Source: a virus
Lineage: Duplodnaviria; Caudoviricetes
Strand: one strand, 5' to 3'
IMG/VR virus record: IMGVR_UViG_3300031454_000241
Span: 61 to 64,060 of that record
Length of the DNA: 64,000 nucleotides
The translations under genes and the position numbers were made by a program. Numbering within the stretch: the stretch's first letter is position 1; the number at the start of each line of letters is the position of its first letter. This document shows positions 1 through 8,670 of the stretch, piece by piece. The notes under the pieces were generated by a model. The model was given only the letters and a program-made list of their open reading frames with translations, searched no databases and was not told where the DNA came from.

Positions 1-430
1 GCCGGGACATGGCGGACCGACCGTCCGCGCCGGACCGAGGGGGCGGGCTCCCCTGTGGCCGGTGGACGCCGGATCGCTCTGGCACGGGACGGTCGTGTTC
101 GGGAGCCGATACTAACATAATGCGAGTGAAGTTGACTGGGACTAGCCCGTCACTATAACCCGTGGTGGAATCAGCATTCGCTCCATCGGCGGCGATGTGG
201 GATGGGCATGAATAGGCTTGATAGACGCATCGTTGCACCCATCAGTAGTAGCCCGGTTATTCGTCGAAACAGGGGAGTCGAACAATAACGAGTCGGCGAT
301 TGTCGGCCCCGACAATAAGACGCAACGAGACCTCGGGCAACCGGCCCGCCCGTAACGGGCTCCGGCTCCGAGGTCTTCGTTGCGCAAGCTCATACGGTAG
401 GCGCCGATCAAGGACCGAGACCAGCCGCGG

Positions 431-503
431 GGCCACCGGCAGGAATCGAACCTGCAACCCGAAGATTAAAAGTCGACTGCTCTGCCAGTTGAGCTACGGT
501 GGC
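431..503 (-). tRNA. tRNA-Lys(UUU), atypical: 2 mismatches in anticodon stem, C discriminator, no encoded CCA
   Basis: Reverse complement folds as a cloverleaf: acceptor GCCACCG/CGGTGGC, D arm GCTC-AACTGGCA-GAGC, loop CTTTTAA (anticodon TTT at 468-470), T arm GCAGG-TTCGATT-CCTGC. Anticodon stem GTCGA/TCTTC has T-T and C-T mismatches. Confidence 0.9.
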
Positions 504-557
504 GTGTCAACCTCCGGGGCGTGCGGTCGGCAGGGGCCACCGGAGGAATACACCCCT

Positions 558-576
558 ATTTTACCGAGGTCGTCAA
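558..576 (-). promoter_or_regulatory. Candidate tRNA promoter TTGACG-N7-TAAAAT
   Basis: Motif read directly about 55 nt upstream of the tRNA 5' end; resembles the short-spacer motif upstream of late genes. Confidence 0.45.
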
Positions 577-579
577 GCG

Positions 580-921
580 TTACGTCACGGCGTCACGGCT
601 GCCAACCCCTGGTGTGAGCCACTCCCGTAGAACGGCCCCATCCCAGTCCTCTTTAACAGCCTGTGCGACTAAAGCGATGGCCGGGTTCAGCATCGCGATG
701 TCGATCAACATCGCCCGCCGAATGAGGGGCCAGTCGGTCCGGAGTGCGGCGGCCAGTTGGTCGACCTCCGCTTGCTCCTTGACCGAGAACACGCCGTCGG
801 CTCGCTTGTTGGCTGCGTGCAAGTTGAGCAGATCCAGGCGCAGCCCGATGTCAGGTCGACTGCTTCGGAGAGCGTTCAGGGCGTTCAGGTCAGTGTGGTG
901 CAAGGTCACGGTTATCTCCAT
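580..921 (-). CDS. Hypothetical phage protein
   Basis: 113 aa ORF, plausible composition, co-oriented with neighbours. Confidence 0.6.
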   Translation of the reverse strand: MEITVTLHHTDLNALNALRSSRPDIGLRLDLLNLHAANKRADGVFSVKEQAEVDQLAAALRTDWPLIRRAMLIDIAMLNPAIALVAQAVKEDWDGAVLREWLTPGVGSRDAVT

Positions 922-1102
922 CGGTCCTGGCGTTATCTGGCCATCGGATTGGCCTTGTGCCGCCTGGCAGAATGACGTCGGGATGATTCGTCATAAACCC
1001 GTTGGTCGTCTCCTCTTGCCGCCCATCGCCGAAGGTCACGGTCATCAACTGCACCTTGATCGCTGGCTTGTTCGGGTCGGTCTTGAACCAGATTGGCATC
1101 AT
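890..1102 (-). CDS. Small hypothetical protein
   Basis: GGAGG immediately upstream of MMPIWFK start. Confidence 0.45.
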   Translation of the reverse strand: MMPIWFKTDPNKPAIKVQLMTVTFGDGRQEETTNGFMTNHPDVILPGGTRPIRWPDNARTDGDNRDLAPH

Positions 1103-1122
1103 TCCTCCTACACCAGTCCGGA

Positions 1123-1452
1123 TTAGCGAATGCCCCACGGGTTGCCGTCCACGTACCGCGGCCTGGTGGGCTCCGTCCTCACGGGCTCGGCGGGTGGCCG
1201 GTCGATCTTGACGGCATCGGTCGTCGGGTCCCACTGGACGCCGAGGATGACGCCGCCCGCCACTTCGTCCAGCACCTCACCGATGGCGACGTACCCGTTG
1301 GCGCGCCACGTTGGCTGCTGGAAGAGTCTGCCCGAAATCCTCTCTTTCAGATTGCGCTCGTGCTCCGGTGCCTGGGATCGCCGGTAGCGCACGGCCCGGT
1401 CAAGCGCTGTGGCGAGCTGATCCCGTGTGACGGTCAGTGGCCGGTCGGTCAT
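1123..1452 (-). CDS. Hypothetical protein
   Basis: ATGA-coupled to the upstream gene (start MTDRPL). Confidence 0.6.
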   Translation of the reverse strand: MTDRPLTVTRDQLATALDRAVRYRRSQAPEHERNLKERISGRLFQQPTWRANGYVAIGEVLDEVAGGVILGVQWDPTTDAVKIDRPPAEPVRTEPTRPRYVDGNPWGIR

Positions 1453-1919
1453 CGTGCCCCCTCTGGAAGTTCGCGCCATGTCGCGCCATCATCCAGTTGC
1501 AGCGTCCCCTCGCGGAGCTGCGGAATCATCTGCTCACCGATGGTCGACCGGCCAACCACGATCTGGGCGAGGAACTCCTGCTCGACGCTGCTAATCCCGT
1601 CGTCAATCATCGCCAGCTTCGCCTTGATGGCCGCGGCCAGTGTGCGCCACCGCTGCCGGGACGCCTGTTCCCAGTCCTTCTCGACGGCTGATTCAGTCCG
1701 GGCGTTGCCGTAGCTATTGTGCAGGAATGCTTTTCGGTCGGGCAACTGCATCCGCATGACGATCCGGTAGTCCTTGAGCTCGAAAGCGATCATCACTTGG
1801 CCGTCTTTCGAGGAGCTGTAGGCGAAGCTATCGGCGCCGAATCGTGACAACGTTCGCTCGATCTCGTCACGGCTGCGGCTGACTGGCACATCGGTCTTGC
1901 TGGCGTACGTCTGCGGCAT
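1449..1919 (-). CDS. Conserved phage hypothetical protein (YASKTDVPVSRSRDEIERTL family)
   Basis: N-terminal motif recurrent in phage proteins; TGATG-coupled to the HTH gene; GGAGG RBS. Confidence 0.7.
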   Translation of the reverse strand: MPQTYASKTDVPVSRSRDEIERTLSRFGADSFAYSSSKDGQVMIAFELKDYRIVMRMQLPDRKAFLHNSYGNARTESAVEKDWEQASRQRWRTLAAAIKAKLAMIDDGISSVEQEFLAQIVVGRSTIGEQMIPQLREGTLQLDDGATWRELPEGAR

Positions 1920-2164
1920 CAGGACACCTCCACTTTCGAGCCAGGATAGTCTGCGAGCCCAGCAGCTCGAATAGCTCGCCATAGCATCACCTTATTCAGG
2001 CCCTGCGGTTCTGACTTGCCGACTTCCCAGTGCTGATACGTCATCACGCGAACGCCGAACTCCTCCGCGTAGTCTCGAAGCGATAGCCCAGTACTAGCCC
2101 TGAGTCGTCGTATCAGTTCTGATGATGGTGGTGGCATTCTTCGCTCGTCCCTCATGCCCGGCAT
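1919..2164 (-). CDS. XRE/Cro-type helix-turn-helix regulator (likely start 2137)
   Basis: IRRLRASTGLSLRDYAEEFGVRVMTYQHWEVGKSEP matches the HTH_3 pattern; divergent from the early promoter. Confidence 0.85.
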   Translation of the reverse strand: MPGMRDERRMPPPSSELIRRLRASTGLSLRDYAEEFGVRVMTYQHWEVGKSEPQGLNKVMLWRAIRAAGLADYPGSKVEVS

Positions 2165-2209
2165 CGTAGGCCGCTTGATAGGAATCTGCTACGTGCGGCG
2201 CTAAAAGGC

Positions 2210-2238
2210 TTGACACCGTGTAGCGGTATAGCTACACT
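2210..2238 (+). promoter_or_regulatory. Sigma70-type early promoter TTGACA-N17-TACACT with an overlapping palindromic operator
   Basis: TTGACA 2210-2215, TACACT 2233-2238; inverted repeat GTGTAGC-N6-GCTACAC 2218-2237; TGTAGCGGTA repeated at 2219 and 2238. Confidence 0.85.
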
Positions 2239-2284
2239 GTAGCGGTAACGATACGAATTGTCCATCGCTTAGGAGACCACCGCC

Positions 2285-2647
2285 ATGACCCTCACGACCG
2301 GGAAGCAGTTTGCGGACACGCCCAATCGCTCCCTGACCATCACGGTCGCGCCGGTCGCTGCGGTGCCGGGCGGGTTCCGCGTCTACGTCCACACCGGCTT
2401 CGAGGTGGTGTTGGCGCTCAAGGTCTGGGGCGACAACCTCCAGCCGGTGGCCGGTGGGTACGTCGATCTGGAGGACCTGCTGCTGGCGGTGATGGGCGGC
2501 ACACGGCAGCTCCGTCCCTACCGAAGGGGCGGACACAGTGATCGGACGCCGCGCTGTCGGGTGTGTGGCCGGGAGTTGCGAGACGAGGCGAGTGTCGCGG
2601 CGGGAATTGGACCGGACTGTCTGGTCAATGAGCAGGAGGCGGCATGA
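2285..2647 (+). CDS. Phage protein with C-terminal DUF6011-like zinc motif
   Basis: CRVCGRELRDEASVAAGIGPDC motif; AGGAG RBS. Confidence 0.75.
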   Translation: MTLTTGKQFADTPNRSLTITVAPVAAVPGGFRVYVHTGFEVVLALKVWGDNLQPVAGGYVDLEDLLLAVMGGTRQLRPYRRGGHSDRTPRCRVCGRELRDEASVAAGIGPDCLVNEQEAA

Positions 2648-3147
2648 TCGCTTTGACACAGGATTGGCAGCGGATTCTCGACGGCATCAACGGGCGCGTT
2701 GTCAAGACTGGCTCTGACAGCTGGCAACCGCACGGTCCCATCGTCCAGCGGATCGAACGAGTGATCGAAGGGCGCGGACAGCTCTCTCCGGCAAGTGTTC
2801 ATATCGAGGGAAGCGATGGGCCAGTCATGGTCCGGTTCGCTGCGGCGCTGGAGATTACGGATTCGTTCAGCGGGTCGTTCATTTTCCACCGGTCATACAA
2901 CAGCAGGGTGCCAGCTGAGGAATACACCGACGTAGTCGCCGACACCGTGGTAACTGCGCGTCAGGCCGAGATTCTCGCCGGAGTCGTTCGCAACCTGAAG
3001 CGGGTGGTTGCATCGGCCGATTACGCGCCGACTACGGAACGCGTGACAGACATCGTGAGTGACCTCGCCGGACTGCATGACGAGGTCAGTCAGATCGCCG
3101 ATGACCTGACTCGGATGGTGGGTCGCATTCGGGATGCAGGACTCTAG
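2644..3147 (+). CDS. Hypothetical early protein
   Basis: ATGA-coupled 167 aa ORF. Confidence 0.65.
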   Translation: MIALTQDWQRILDGINGRVVKTGSDSWQPHGPIVQRIERVIEGRGQLSPASVHIEGSDGPVMVRFAAALEITDSFSGSFIFHRSYNSRVPAEEYTDVVADTVVTARQAEILAGVVRNLKRVVASADYAPTTERVTDIVSDLAGLHDEVSQIADDLTRMVGRIRDAGL

Positions 3148-3155
3148 GAGGCAAC

Positions 3156-3434
3156 ATGAGCGACCAGCCGATCTACGGTCCTCACGGTACACGGGACCAC
3201 ATTGCTGACTCCATCCTTGACCGGCTCACCCGCGCCAACTGGTCAGCCGACGCCATTGACGAGGCGATTGGTGACTACGCCGCTGACACGACGGCCTGGG
3301 ATCAGGCCCAGTCATATCACCGGGCGGATGACTTTCGGCGTGGCTTGCGGATGCTGACGGCCATCCGTGACGAAGGGATGGACCGCGAGGCGTTCCGCCG
3401 CCGATTCGTCAATCGGGAAGGGAGCGTGAGATGA
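3156..3434 (+). CDS. Hypothetical early protein
   Basis: GGAGG RBS, 92 aa. Confidence 0.65.
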   Translation: MSDQPIYGPHGTRDHIADSILDRLTRANWSADAIDEAIGDYAADTTAWDQAQSYHRADDFRRGLRMLTAIRDEGMDREAFRRRFVNREGSVR

Positions 3435-3700
3435 GCGACATCATCGGCGCGGCAGCCGAGGTCATTTACGACGGGACGACGACTAACCGGGTCGCCGACT
3501 TCGACGACCTTAGCCCGAAAGAAGGCACGCGCTACCGGGCCATCGCCGTGAAGGTGCTCCGGGCAGTGCGCATCACCGAGCTGGATGAATTGCGTGGCCG
3601 TATCCGGGAGCTGGAATCCACCGTGGAACACAAGCAGTCGATCATCGAGGATCTGGAGTTCGACGCGCGACACATCCGGGAGCAGAACTATGGCCACTGA
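3431..3700 (+). CDS. Hypothetical coiled-coil protein
   Basis: ATGA-coupled; heptad-rich C-terminus. Confidence 0.65.
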   Translation: MSDIIGAAAEVIYDGTTTNRVADFDDLSPKEGTRYRAIAVKVLRAVRITELDELRGRIRELESTVEHKQSIIEDLEFDARHIREQNYGH

Positions 3701-3887
3701 TCCCCATCGCGATCACGTCCCCGACGACAACGCCTTCGAGCGCGACCTGATGGACCGGTTCCCCGCTTTCGGGCAGTGGCACGACCGTGAGCGGGAACGG
3801 GCGATCCGGGCCGGCCTGGTCCCGGATGGGCCGGTGGACGACGAGGACGACGATGAGCGGCTCTGGCCGGACGATCTCGCGAGTTAG
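3690..3887 (+). CDS. Small acidic hypothetical protein
   Basis: Start MATDPH overlaps the end of the previous gene. Confidence 0.55.
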   Translation: MATDPHRDHVPDDNAFERDLMDRFPAFGQWHDRERERAIRAGLVPDGPVDDEDDDERLWPDDLAS

Positions 3888-3897
3888 GAGACGCGCC

Positions 3898-4149
3898 GTG
3901 ACTGACTTGTCACTCATCGGCATCGCCATCGTCGCGTTCGTCGGGGCGGCCGTGTCAGCTGGTCGCTACGCCCACTACCGAGCCGATTGGGACACCATGT
4001 GGGATCGGACGATGTTCCGGCCCGACCCGGACGGCACCGTCGCACGGGAACGGCGCCGGTTGCTCGACACGGCCCATCGCTGCCTGTTTGGGGCGATGGG
4101 CGCCGCCCTCGTCGCGATCTGGTCGTTCGTCTTCGCCATGATGCCGTAG
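3898..4149 (+). CDS. Small two-TM membrane protein
   Basis: AGGAG RBS, GTG start, two hydrophobic stretches. Confidence 0.6.
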   Translation: MTDLSLIGIAIVAFVGAAVSAGRYAHYRADWDTMWDRTMFRPDPDGTVARERRRLLDTAHRCLFGAMGAALVAIWSFVFAMMP

Positions 4150-4159
4150 GAGGTGCCGC

Positions 4160-4492
4160 GTGAGCATGTACGTGTTGAATGAGGCAGGAGAGCCGGTACC
4201 CGCAGCCGATGGGCTCGCCTGGGCCCGGTGGTTTGAGACGAACCCGGACCGAACGGTGGCAGCCGATGACATCGATGTCAATGGCGCACGGTATCGCGTC
4301 TCAACGGTTTTCCTTGGGGTGGATCACGGGTACGGCGACGGCGACGGCGACCCGATCCTCTGGGAAACCTTGGTCTTTTCGGACGACATGTCGATTGATT
4401 CGACCATGCAGCGCTACGTGTCCCGATCCGAGGCGGTCATCGGGCACGCAGGGACGGTCGCGGCCCTGGAGCGAGGCGAGGTGCCAGAATGA
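4160..4492 (+). CDS. Conserved phage hypothetical protein (VSTVFLGVDH...LWETLVF family)
   Basis: GGAGG RBS; recurrent phage motif. Confidence 0.7.
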   Translation: MSMYVLNEAGEPVPAADGLAWARWFETNPDRTVAADDIDVNGARYRVSTVFLGVDHGYGDGDGDPILWETLVFSDDMSIDSTMQRYVSRSEAVIGHAGTVAALERGEVPE

Positions 4493-4686
4493 CCCACCCC
4501 ATCCCCTTTGACGATCTCGATGCCACGGACGCGGAACTTGCGTCCCTTGATGCACTAATCGCGTTGGGCGACGACGCGGACGCTGGCGCCTTTGCCGAAT
4601 GGTTTACGTCGACATCTCTCGTCGACTTCAAATCGTGGCTCCTGGCGCTGCCAGACGTGGACGATAACCTGCCGGAGGCAGCATGA
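4489..4686 (+). CDS. Small acidic hypothetical protein
   Basis: ATGA-coupled at both ends. Confidence 0.6.
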   Translation: MTHPIPFDDLDATDAELASLDALIALGDDADAGAFAEWFTSTSLVDFKSWLLALPDVDDNLPEAA

Positions 4687-5006
4687 TCGACAAACCCCTA
4701 TCGGATCTGATCCAGATCTATGCTGAATCCCACACCGCCTATGCCGTCGCGTCCGGCTCAACCACCGAGATGAACCGCAGACGGCTCCATGATAAACGGG
4801 GCGATGCCGCATCGGTCTGCCTGCTGGCGGTGATCACCGCGGACCGGCAGCGCGACCGGCTCCGGGTCGTGGTGCAGATGGCGTCGGGTCTGGAGGCCGC
4901 TGGCTATCCCGTCCCGGACCTGTTGACGAAGGCGTTGGCCGGCCTGCACGACAGCGACCTCGACGGGCCGATGCTGGCGCCAAGTGGTGAGACGGGGGCG
5001 GCGTAG
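4683..5006 (+). CDS. Hypothetical protein
   Basis: ATGA-coupled, 107 aa. Confidence 0.6.
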   Translation: MIDKPLSDLIQIYAESHTAYAVASGSTTEMNRRRLHDKRGDAASVCLLAVITADRQRDRLRVVVQMASGLEAAGYPVPDLLTKALAGLHDSDLDGPMLAPSGETGAA

Positions 5007-5258
5007 ATGGTGAGCAAGCGGATGATGAAGCTGATCCAGGACTATGCTGACATCTGCACCGTTTATGCGGTGATGATCGCCACAACTGACGACAAGGAGA
5101 ACCTTGAGCGACTTCGGCGGGAGCGCGGCGCAGCGGCCGGAGTTTGTCTCAATGCGATCACGGAATTGGAGGACGCACTGGCGCAGACCAGCGATTATGT
5201 CAAACATCTACGCAACACGATGACAGCCAACGGGCTCCATCCGGACACTGATCTCTAG
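5007..5258 (+). CDS. Hypothetical protein (N-terminus weakly paralogous to 4683-5006)
   Basis: Abuts the previous stop; shares LIQxYA...YAV pattern with the previous ORF. Confidence 0.6.
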   Translation: MVSKRMMKLIQDYADICTVYAVMIATTDDKENLERLRRERGAAAGVCLNAITELEDALAQTSDYVKHLRNTMTANGLHPDTDL

Positions 5259-5273
5259 GCACGGGGAGGCTGC

Positions 5274-5525
5274 ATGACAATCCGAGAGGAACGTCGCGCC
5301 ATTGTGGCCGTGATTTCAAGGTGCGATCAACTGGGCTGGCGACGTGACGCCCTGATCACCCTGCACGACAGCCTGACCCCGGTGAGCCGCGACCCGAATG
5401 AACAGCGGCTTCGGGCGGTACAGGCGTACGCTGTGTCGTCGATCCTGTGGCGGCGGATCACCAGCTTCGACGGAGCAATGGCCCTGTACGGGATCGGTGG
5501 GCAAGACGAGAGGGTGGCCGCATGA
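5274..5525 (+). CDS. Hypothetical protein
   Basis: GGAGG RBS; ATGA-coupled to the ligase. Confidence 0.6.
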   Translation: MTIREERRAIVAVISRCDQLGWRRDALITLHDSLTPVSRDPNEQRLRAVQAYAVSSILWRRITSFDGAMALYGIGGQDERVAA

Positions 5526-6580
5526 GTCTGCACGATGATCTCGCGCCACTGGTGGACGACCGTTACCTGGCCCGGCAGAAGCACCCGGAGTACGATCTGT
5601 GGCTCTACAACTACACCCAGAAGACGCAGTTCAACAAACACTGGACGCCGCTGACCCTGATGGCGCGCGGTCTCATTCTGGATGCCAACGGCGACATCGT
5701 GGCACGGCCTTTCCCAAAGTTCTTCAATTGGTCCGAGATGCCGCCGGGCTGGCAGCCGTCATCGCCGCTGACCGGACTCCAGGCGAAGATGGACGGATCG
5801 CTCGGCATCCTCTACTGGACGCCCGATGGTCTGCCCAGCATCGCGACTCGCGGATCGTTCGTCAGCCAACAGGCGCAGCACGCCACCGGCGTCTTGCGTG
5901 AGCGGTACGTCGATCTGCCGTGGCGAGACGATGAGACGTACCTGTTCGAGATCATCTACCCCGGCAACCGGATCGTGATCGACTACGGCCAGCAGGACGA
6001 TCTGGTGCTATTAGCCGTGCGTGGTACCGCCACTGGGACGGAGCATCAGTTGCCAGATTGGTTCCCGAATCGCGTCGAGCAAACCCGTTGTGTTGACCTG
6101 GATGCGGCGATGGGTAATTTGGCCGCTTTGCCCCGCAATACCGAGGGCATCGTGCTGTTGTTCGAGGACGGCAGCCGGCTCAAGATGAAGACCGACGAGT
6201 ACGTGCGGCTCCACCGCCTGCTGACCGGCTTGACGCCGCGACGCATCTGGGAACTGGTCTCTACCGGCGTTGGCATTGACGAGCTACTCCGACACATCCC
6301 CGAGGAGTTCGCAGATTGGGTCAGGACGACGGCCCGAGGCCTCCATCATGTCCATGAGGACACGTTTACCCGCGCCTATCAGGATGCCGTGTCCGCAGAG
6401 CAGGAACATAGCGACGATCGTGGCGCCATCGCCCGCGCCATCCAGGACAACCCGCTCCGGTCGCTGATCTTCCTGATCCTTGACGGCAAGGACATCGACC
6501 AGCCGGTCTGGCGGATGATCCGGCCCGAGCACAGCGTCCCGTACACCGCCGATCCCGACGAGCAGCAGGTGGCCGCATGA
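5522..6580 (+). CDS. T4 Rnl1 (RnlA)-like RNA ligase
   Basis: LYNY, ARGLILD, RPFPKFFN, motif I KMDGSLG, IATRGSF, TYLFEII, EGIVL, KMKTDEY; C-terminal helical domain. Confidence 0.9.
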   Translation: MSLHDDLAPLVDDRYLARQKHPEYDLWLYNYTQKTQFNKHWTPLTLMARGLILDANGDIVARPFPKFFNWSEMPPGWQPSSPLTGLQAKMDGSLGILYWTPDGLPSIATRGSFVSQQAQHATGVLRERYVDLPWRDDETYLFEIIYPGNRIVIDYGQQDDLVLLAVRGTATGTEHQLPDWFPNRVEQTRCVDLDAAMGNLAALPRNTEGIVLLFEDGSRLKMKTDEYVRLHRLLTGLTPRRIWELVSTGVGIDELLRHIPEEFADWVRTTARGLHHVHEDTFTRAYQDAVSAEQEHSDDRGAIARAIQDNPLRSLIFLILDGKDIDQPVWRMIRPEHSVPYTADPDEQQVAA

Positions 6581-6864
6581 CCTCCCAAGTAGATGCGACG
6601 GTTCAGGAGTCGCTGCATGAGCAGGTAGTTGAAACTCCGGTCTTTCGTCTCTATGTTGTGGCACCGCAACCACGACCATTCGAGTCATCAGTGGACGAAC
6701 CAACGCATATCACTCTGGCGTCCATCGTCTACGCGGCCACGTCGAAGTCACAAGCGATACGGTTCCTGAAGACCCTACACGACGCTGGTGCCAAGCCGCA
6801 TGTTTGCTACAGCATCACCGTCAACTCGTTTGAGACCGAGCCAACTTTCTATGGGCTCTGGTAG
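6577..6864 (+). CDS. Hypothetical protein
   Basis: ATGA-coupled. Confidence 0.55.
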   Translation: MTSQVDATVQESLHEQVVETPVFRLYVVAPQPRPFESSVDEPTHITLASIVYAATSKSQAIRFLKTLHDAGAKPHVCYSITVNSFETEPTFYGLW

Positions 6865-6872
6865 GAGGCCGC

Positions 6873-7139
6873 ATGACGAAGACACTCCGGACCAGATTGC
6901 TGTCGGAGATCGCCCGTGATCCCGGAACCCTGAATCCCGGCACGTCGTGGTACGGACTGGCAGCCATCTTCAAGCCGGAGATGAGCGACGCCGAGGTGCT
7001 CACCCGCGCTCGGCATGAGGTCGAGTGGCGGATCGACGCGGCCCGCAGCGACGAGGAGATGGTGCAGCAATTGCGGGATGAGGCAGCACGATTGGCGGCG
7101 GCGATGGCGGTCGTGACCGAGACAGGAGACTCGGCGTGA
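6873..7139 (+). CDS. Hypothetical protein
   Basis: GGAGG RBS. Confidence 0.6.
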   Translation: MTKTLRTRLLSEIARDPGTLNPGTSWYGLAAIFKPEMSDAEVLTRARHEVEWRIDAARSDEEMVQQLRDEAARLAAAMAVVTETGDSA

Positions 7140-7339
7140 CGGGAGAAGAACAGTTAGATTGGAATCAATGGCCGATCCCGGACCGGTGGCCGGTGATGCA
7201 GCACCGGGAGAGGTATCAGGATCGACAGGGACGATGGCACTATCTGGATGAACCGAAACAGATGCCTCCGGTCCCGATACCGCTGCCTCAGGACCTTATC
7301 GACAAGGTCAAGGCGATCATCGATCGGCATCATCAATAG
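7136..7339 (+). CDS. Small hypothetical protein
   Basis: GTGA-coupled. Confidence 0.55.
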   Translation: MTGEEQLDWNQWPIPDRWPVMQHRERYQDRQGRWHYLDEPKQMPPVPIPLPQDLIDKVKAIIDRHHQ

Positions 7340-7353
7340 ACAGGAGACGCACA

Positions 7354-7989
7354 ATGGGCACGACCGAACTGACCATCGTCGCGGCCCCGGCGATGAAGAT
7401 CGCTGACATTACCTCCGAGCTGAACCGGGCATGGGATGACACCGGTCAACGCGTCCCCCGGTTCGTCGTGTTGACCCGGCTGATGGGTTCGCTCTATGGG
7501 GCGGATGCCTTTTTGCGGATCGCCGCTGCGTCCACGCTGATGGACTACGGACTCGACAACCAGACCGGCGAGATTCTGCGCTGGAACGATCCCGAGGGGC
7601 GCCGGTCTCCGTGGGCCAACGGGCCGTGGCGGAACCCGCCGGGCGTCGGTCGGGCCATCGTCCACATGACCGATCCGGGCGATGTCACCGCCATCAACCG
7701 CGACGGCATCAGCATCGGCATCGCTGGGCAGTACGACGATGCCGTCTCAGACGACGCCTACGGGGCGCTGGTGGCGCTCGTGGCGCATCACGCCAGCAAA
7801 GCCGGGGTGCCGCACACGACGCCCTACAGCGACGACCTGGTTCACCCGGACACCGGCGTCTCGTTCGTCCTCTGGCACTCGACGTTCTGCGGCGATCTGA
7901 AGCCCGACCCCGGCCATGTCGTCAAGGAGCTGACGGGGCGGCTAGTGCAGGACGTGCGGCGGGTGATGCGTGAAGGCGGGTCGGCATGA
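7354..7989 (+). CDS. Amidase_2-fold protein lacking the first Zn-ligand His and the catalytic Glu (pseudo-amidase)
   Basis: Aligns by eye over its length with the amidase domains at 9012-10001 and 12359-15352, but has VVLT for VVLH and GISIGIAG for GISIEIAG. Confidence 0.85.
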   Translation: MGTTELTIVAAPAMKIADITSELNRAWDDTGQRVPRFVVLTRLMGSLYGADAFLRIAAASTLMDYGLDNQTGEILRWNDPEGRRSPWANGPWRNPPGVGRAIVHMTDPGDVTAINRDGISIGIAGQYDDAVSDDAYGALVALVAHHASKAGVPHTTPYSDDLVHPDTGVSFVLWHSTFCGDLKPDPGHVVKELTGRLVQDVRRVMREGGSA

Positions 7990-8477
7990 CGATGGATGAC
8001 CGCGTAGATGCGGCACTCGCGGCCCTGCCCTATGACCACTGGCGAAGTTATATTGATCCGTGCGGAAGTGGGACGCTGGAAATAACCACGTGGCGCCGGA
8101 TCATCCGGACGGCCATTCAGGCGGCGGATCGGTGGGATCGCGATCATCCGGTCCCGGCTGATTACACGTCCCATATGGTCACGATGACCCCTGCCGAAGT
8201 GCGGTCGATGAGTCGGTCGCCAGATGCATCTGATAAAGGAGGAAGTATGACCTCAGAGCAGCACATCGTGCTCTTGCAACGGATCATCATCGAGGCTGCC
8301 AATGAAGGCGGAGCCGATGCGCGTATTTCGATCAGGCAGGCACTTGGGCACCATTGGCCGGACGACATGACACCCGCCGATTTCATGGGGCCTGAATGGC
8401 CTCCTCGTCCGATAGACCCTGACGAGATCGACCGCGAAGCGCTAATGAATATCACCAAACGACATCAGACCAACTGA
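7986..8477 (+). CDS. Hypothetical protein (possible internal start at 8248)
   Basis: ATGA-coupled; internal GGAGG-ATG. Confidence 0.55.
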   Translation: MTMDDRVDAALAALPYDHWRSYIDPCGSGTLEITTWRRIIRTAIQAADRWDRDHPVPADYTSHMVTMTPAEVRSMSRSPDASDKGGSMTSEQHIVLLQRIIIEAANEGGADARISIRQALGHHWPDDMTPADFMGPEWPPRPIDPDEIDREALMNITKRHQTN

Positions 8478-8616
8478 AAGGTGGCGCCATGACTCCGGAC
8501 CAGCACATCGCCGCCTTGCAGCGCATCGGTGTTTGACCGGGACGGCAACCGGATCGGCGTCATCAATGAGGACGGCATCATCGACGTCCAGCCGGTAAGG
8601 GATTGACGACATGACG

Positions 8617-8647
8617 ACAGCCCTGGCGAATTGCTCGCCAGGGCTGT
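8617..8647. terminator. Probable bidirectional terminator between the convergent early and late units
   Basis: Perfect 13-bp stem ACAGCCCTGGCGA/TCGCCAGGGCTGT, 5-nt loop. Confidence 0.75.
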
Positions 8648-8670
8648 TCTGTTGCGCTCAGTGTAGCCGG

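Noticed and set aside
1-430. Host DNA or an att site beyond the tRNA 3' end
   Set aside because: No integrase, no matching direct repeat and no recognisable host gene in the window; kept only as an alternative in the tRNA finding.
8489-8606. Short ORF MTPDQHIAALQRI with a frame-shifted continuation
   Set aside because: It resembles the internal MTSEQHIVLLQRI segment upstream; likely a deletion remnant with no supportable function.
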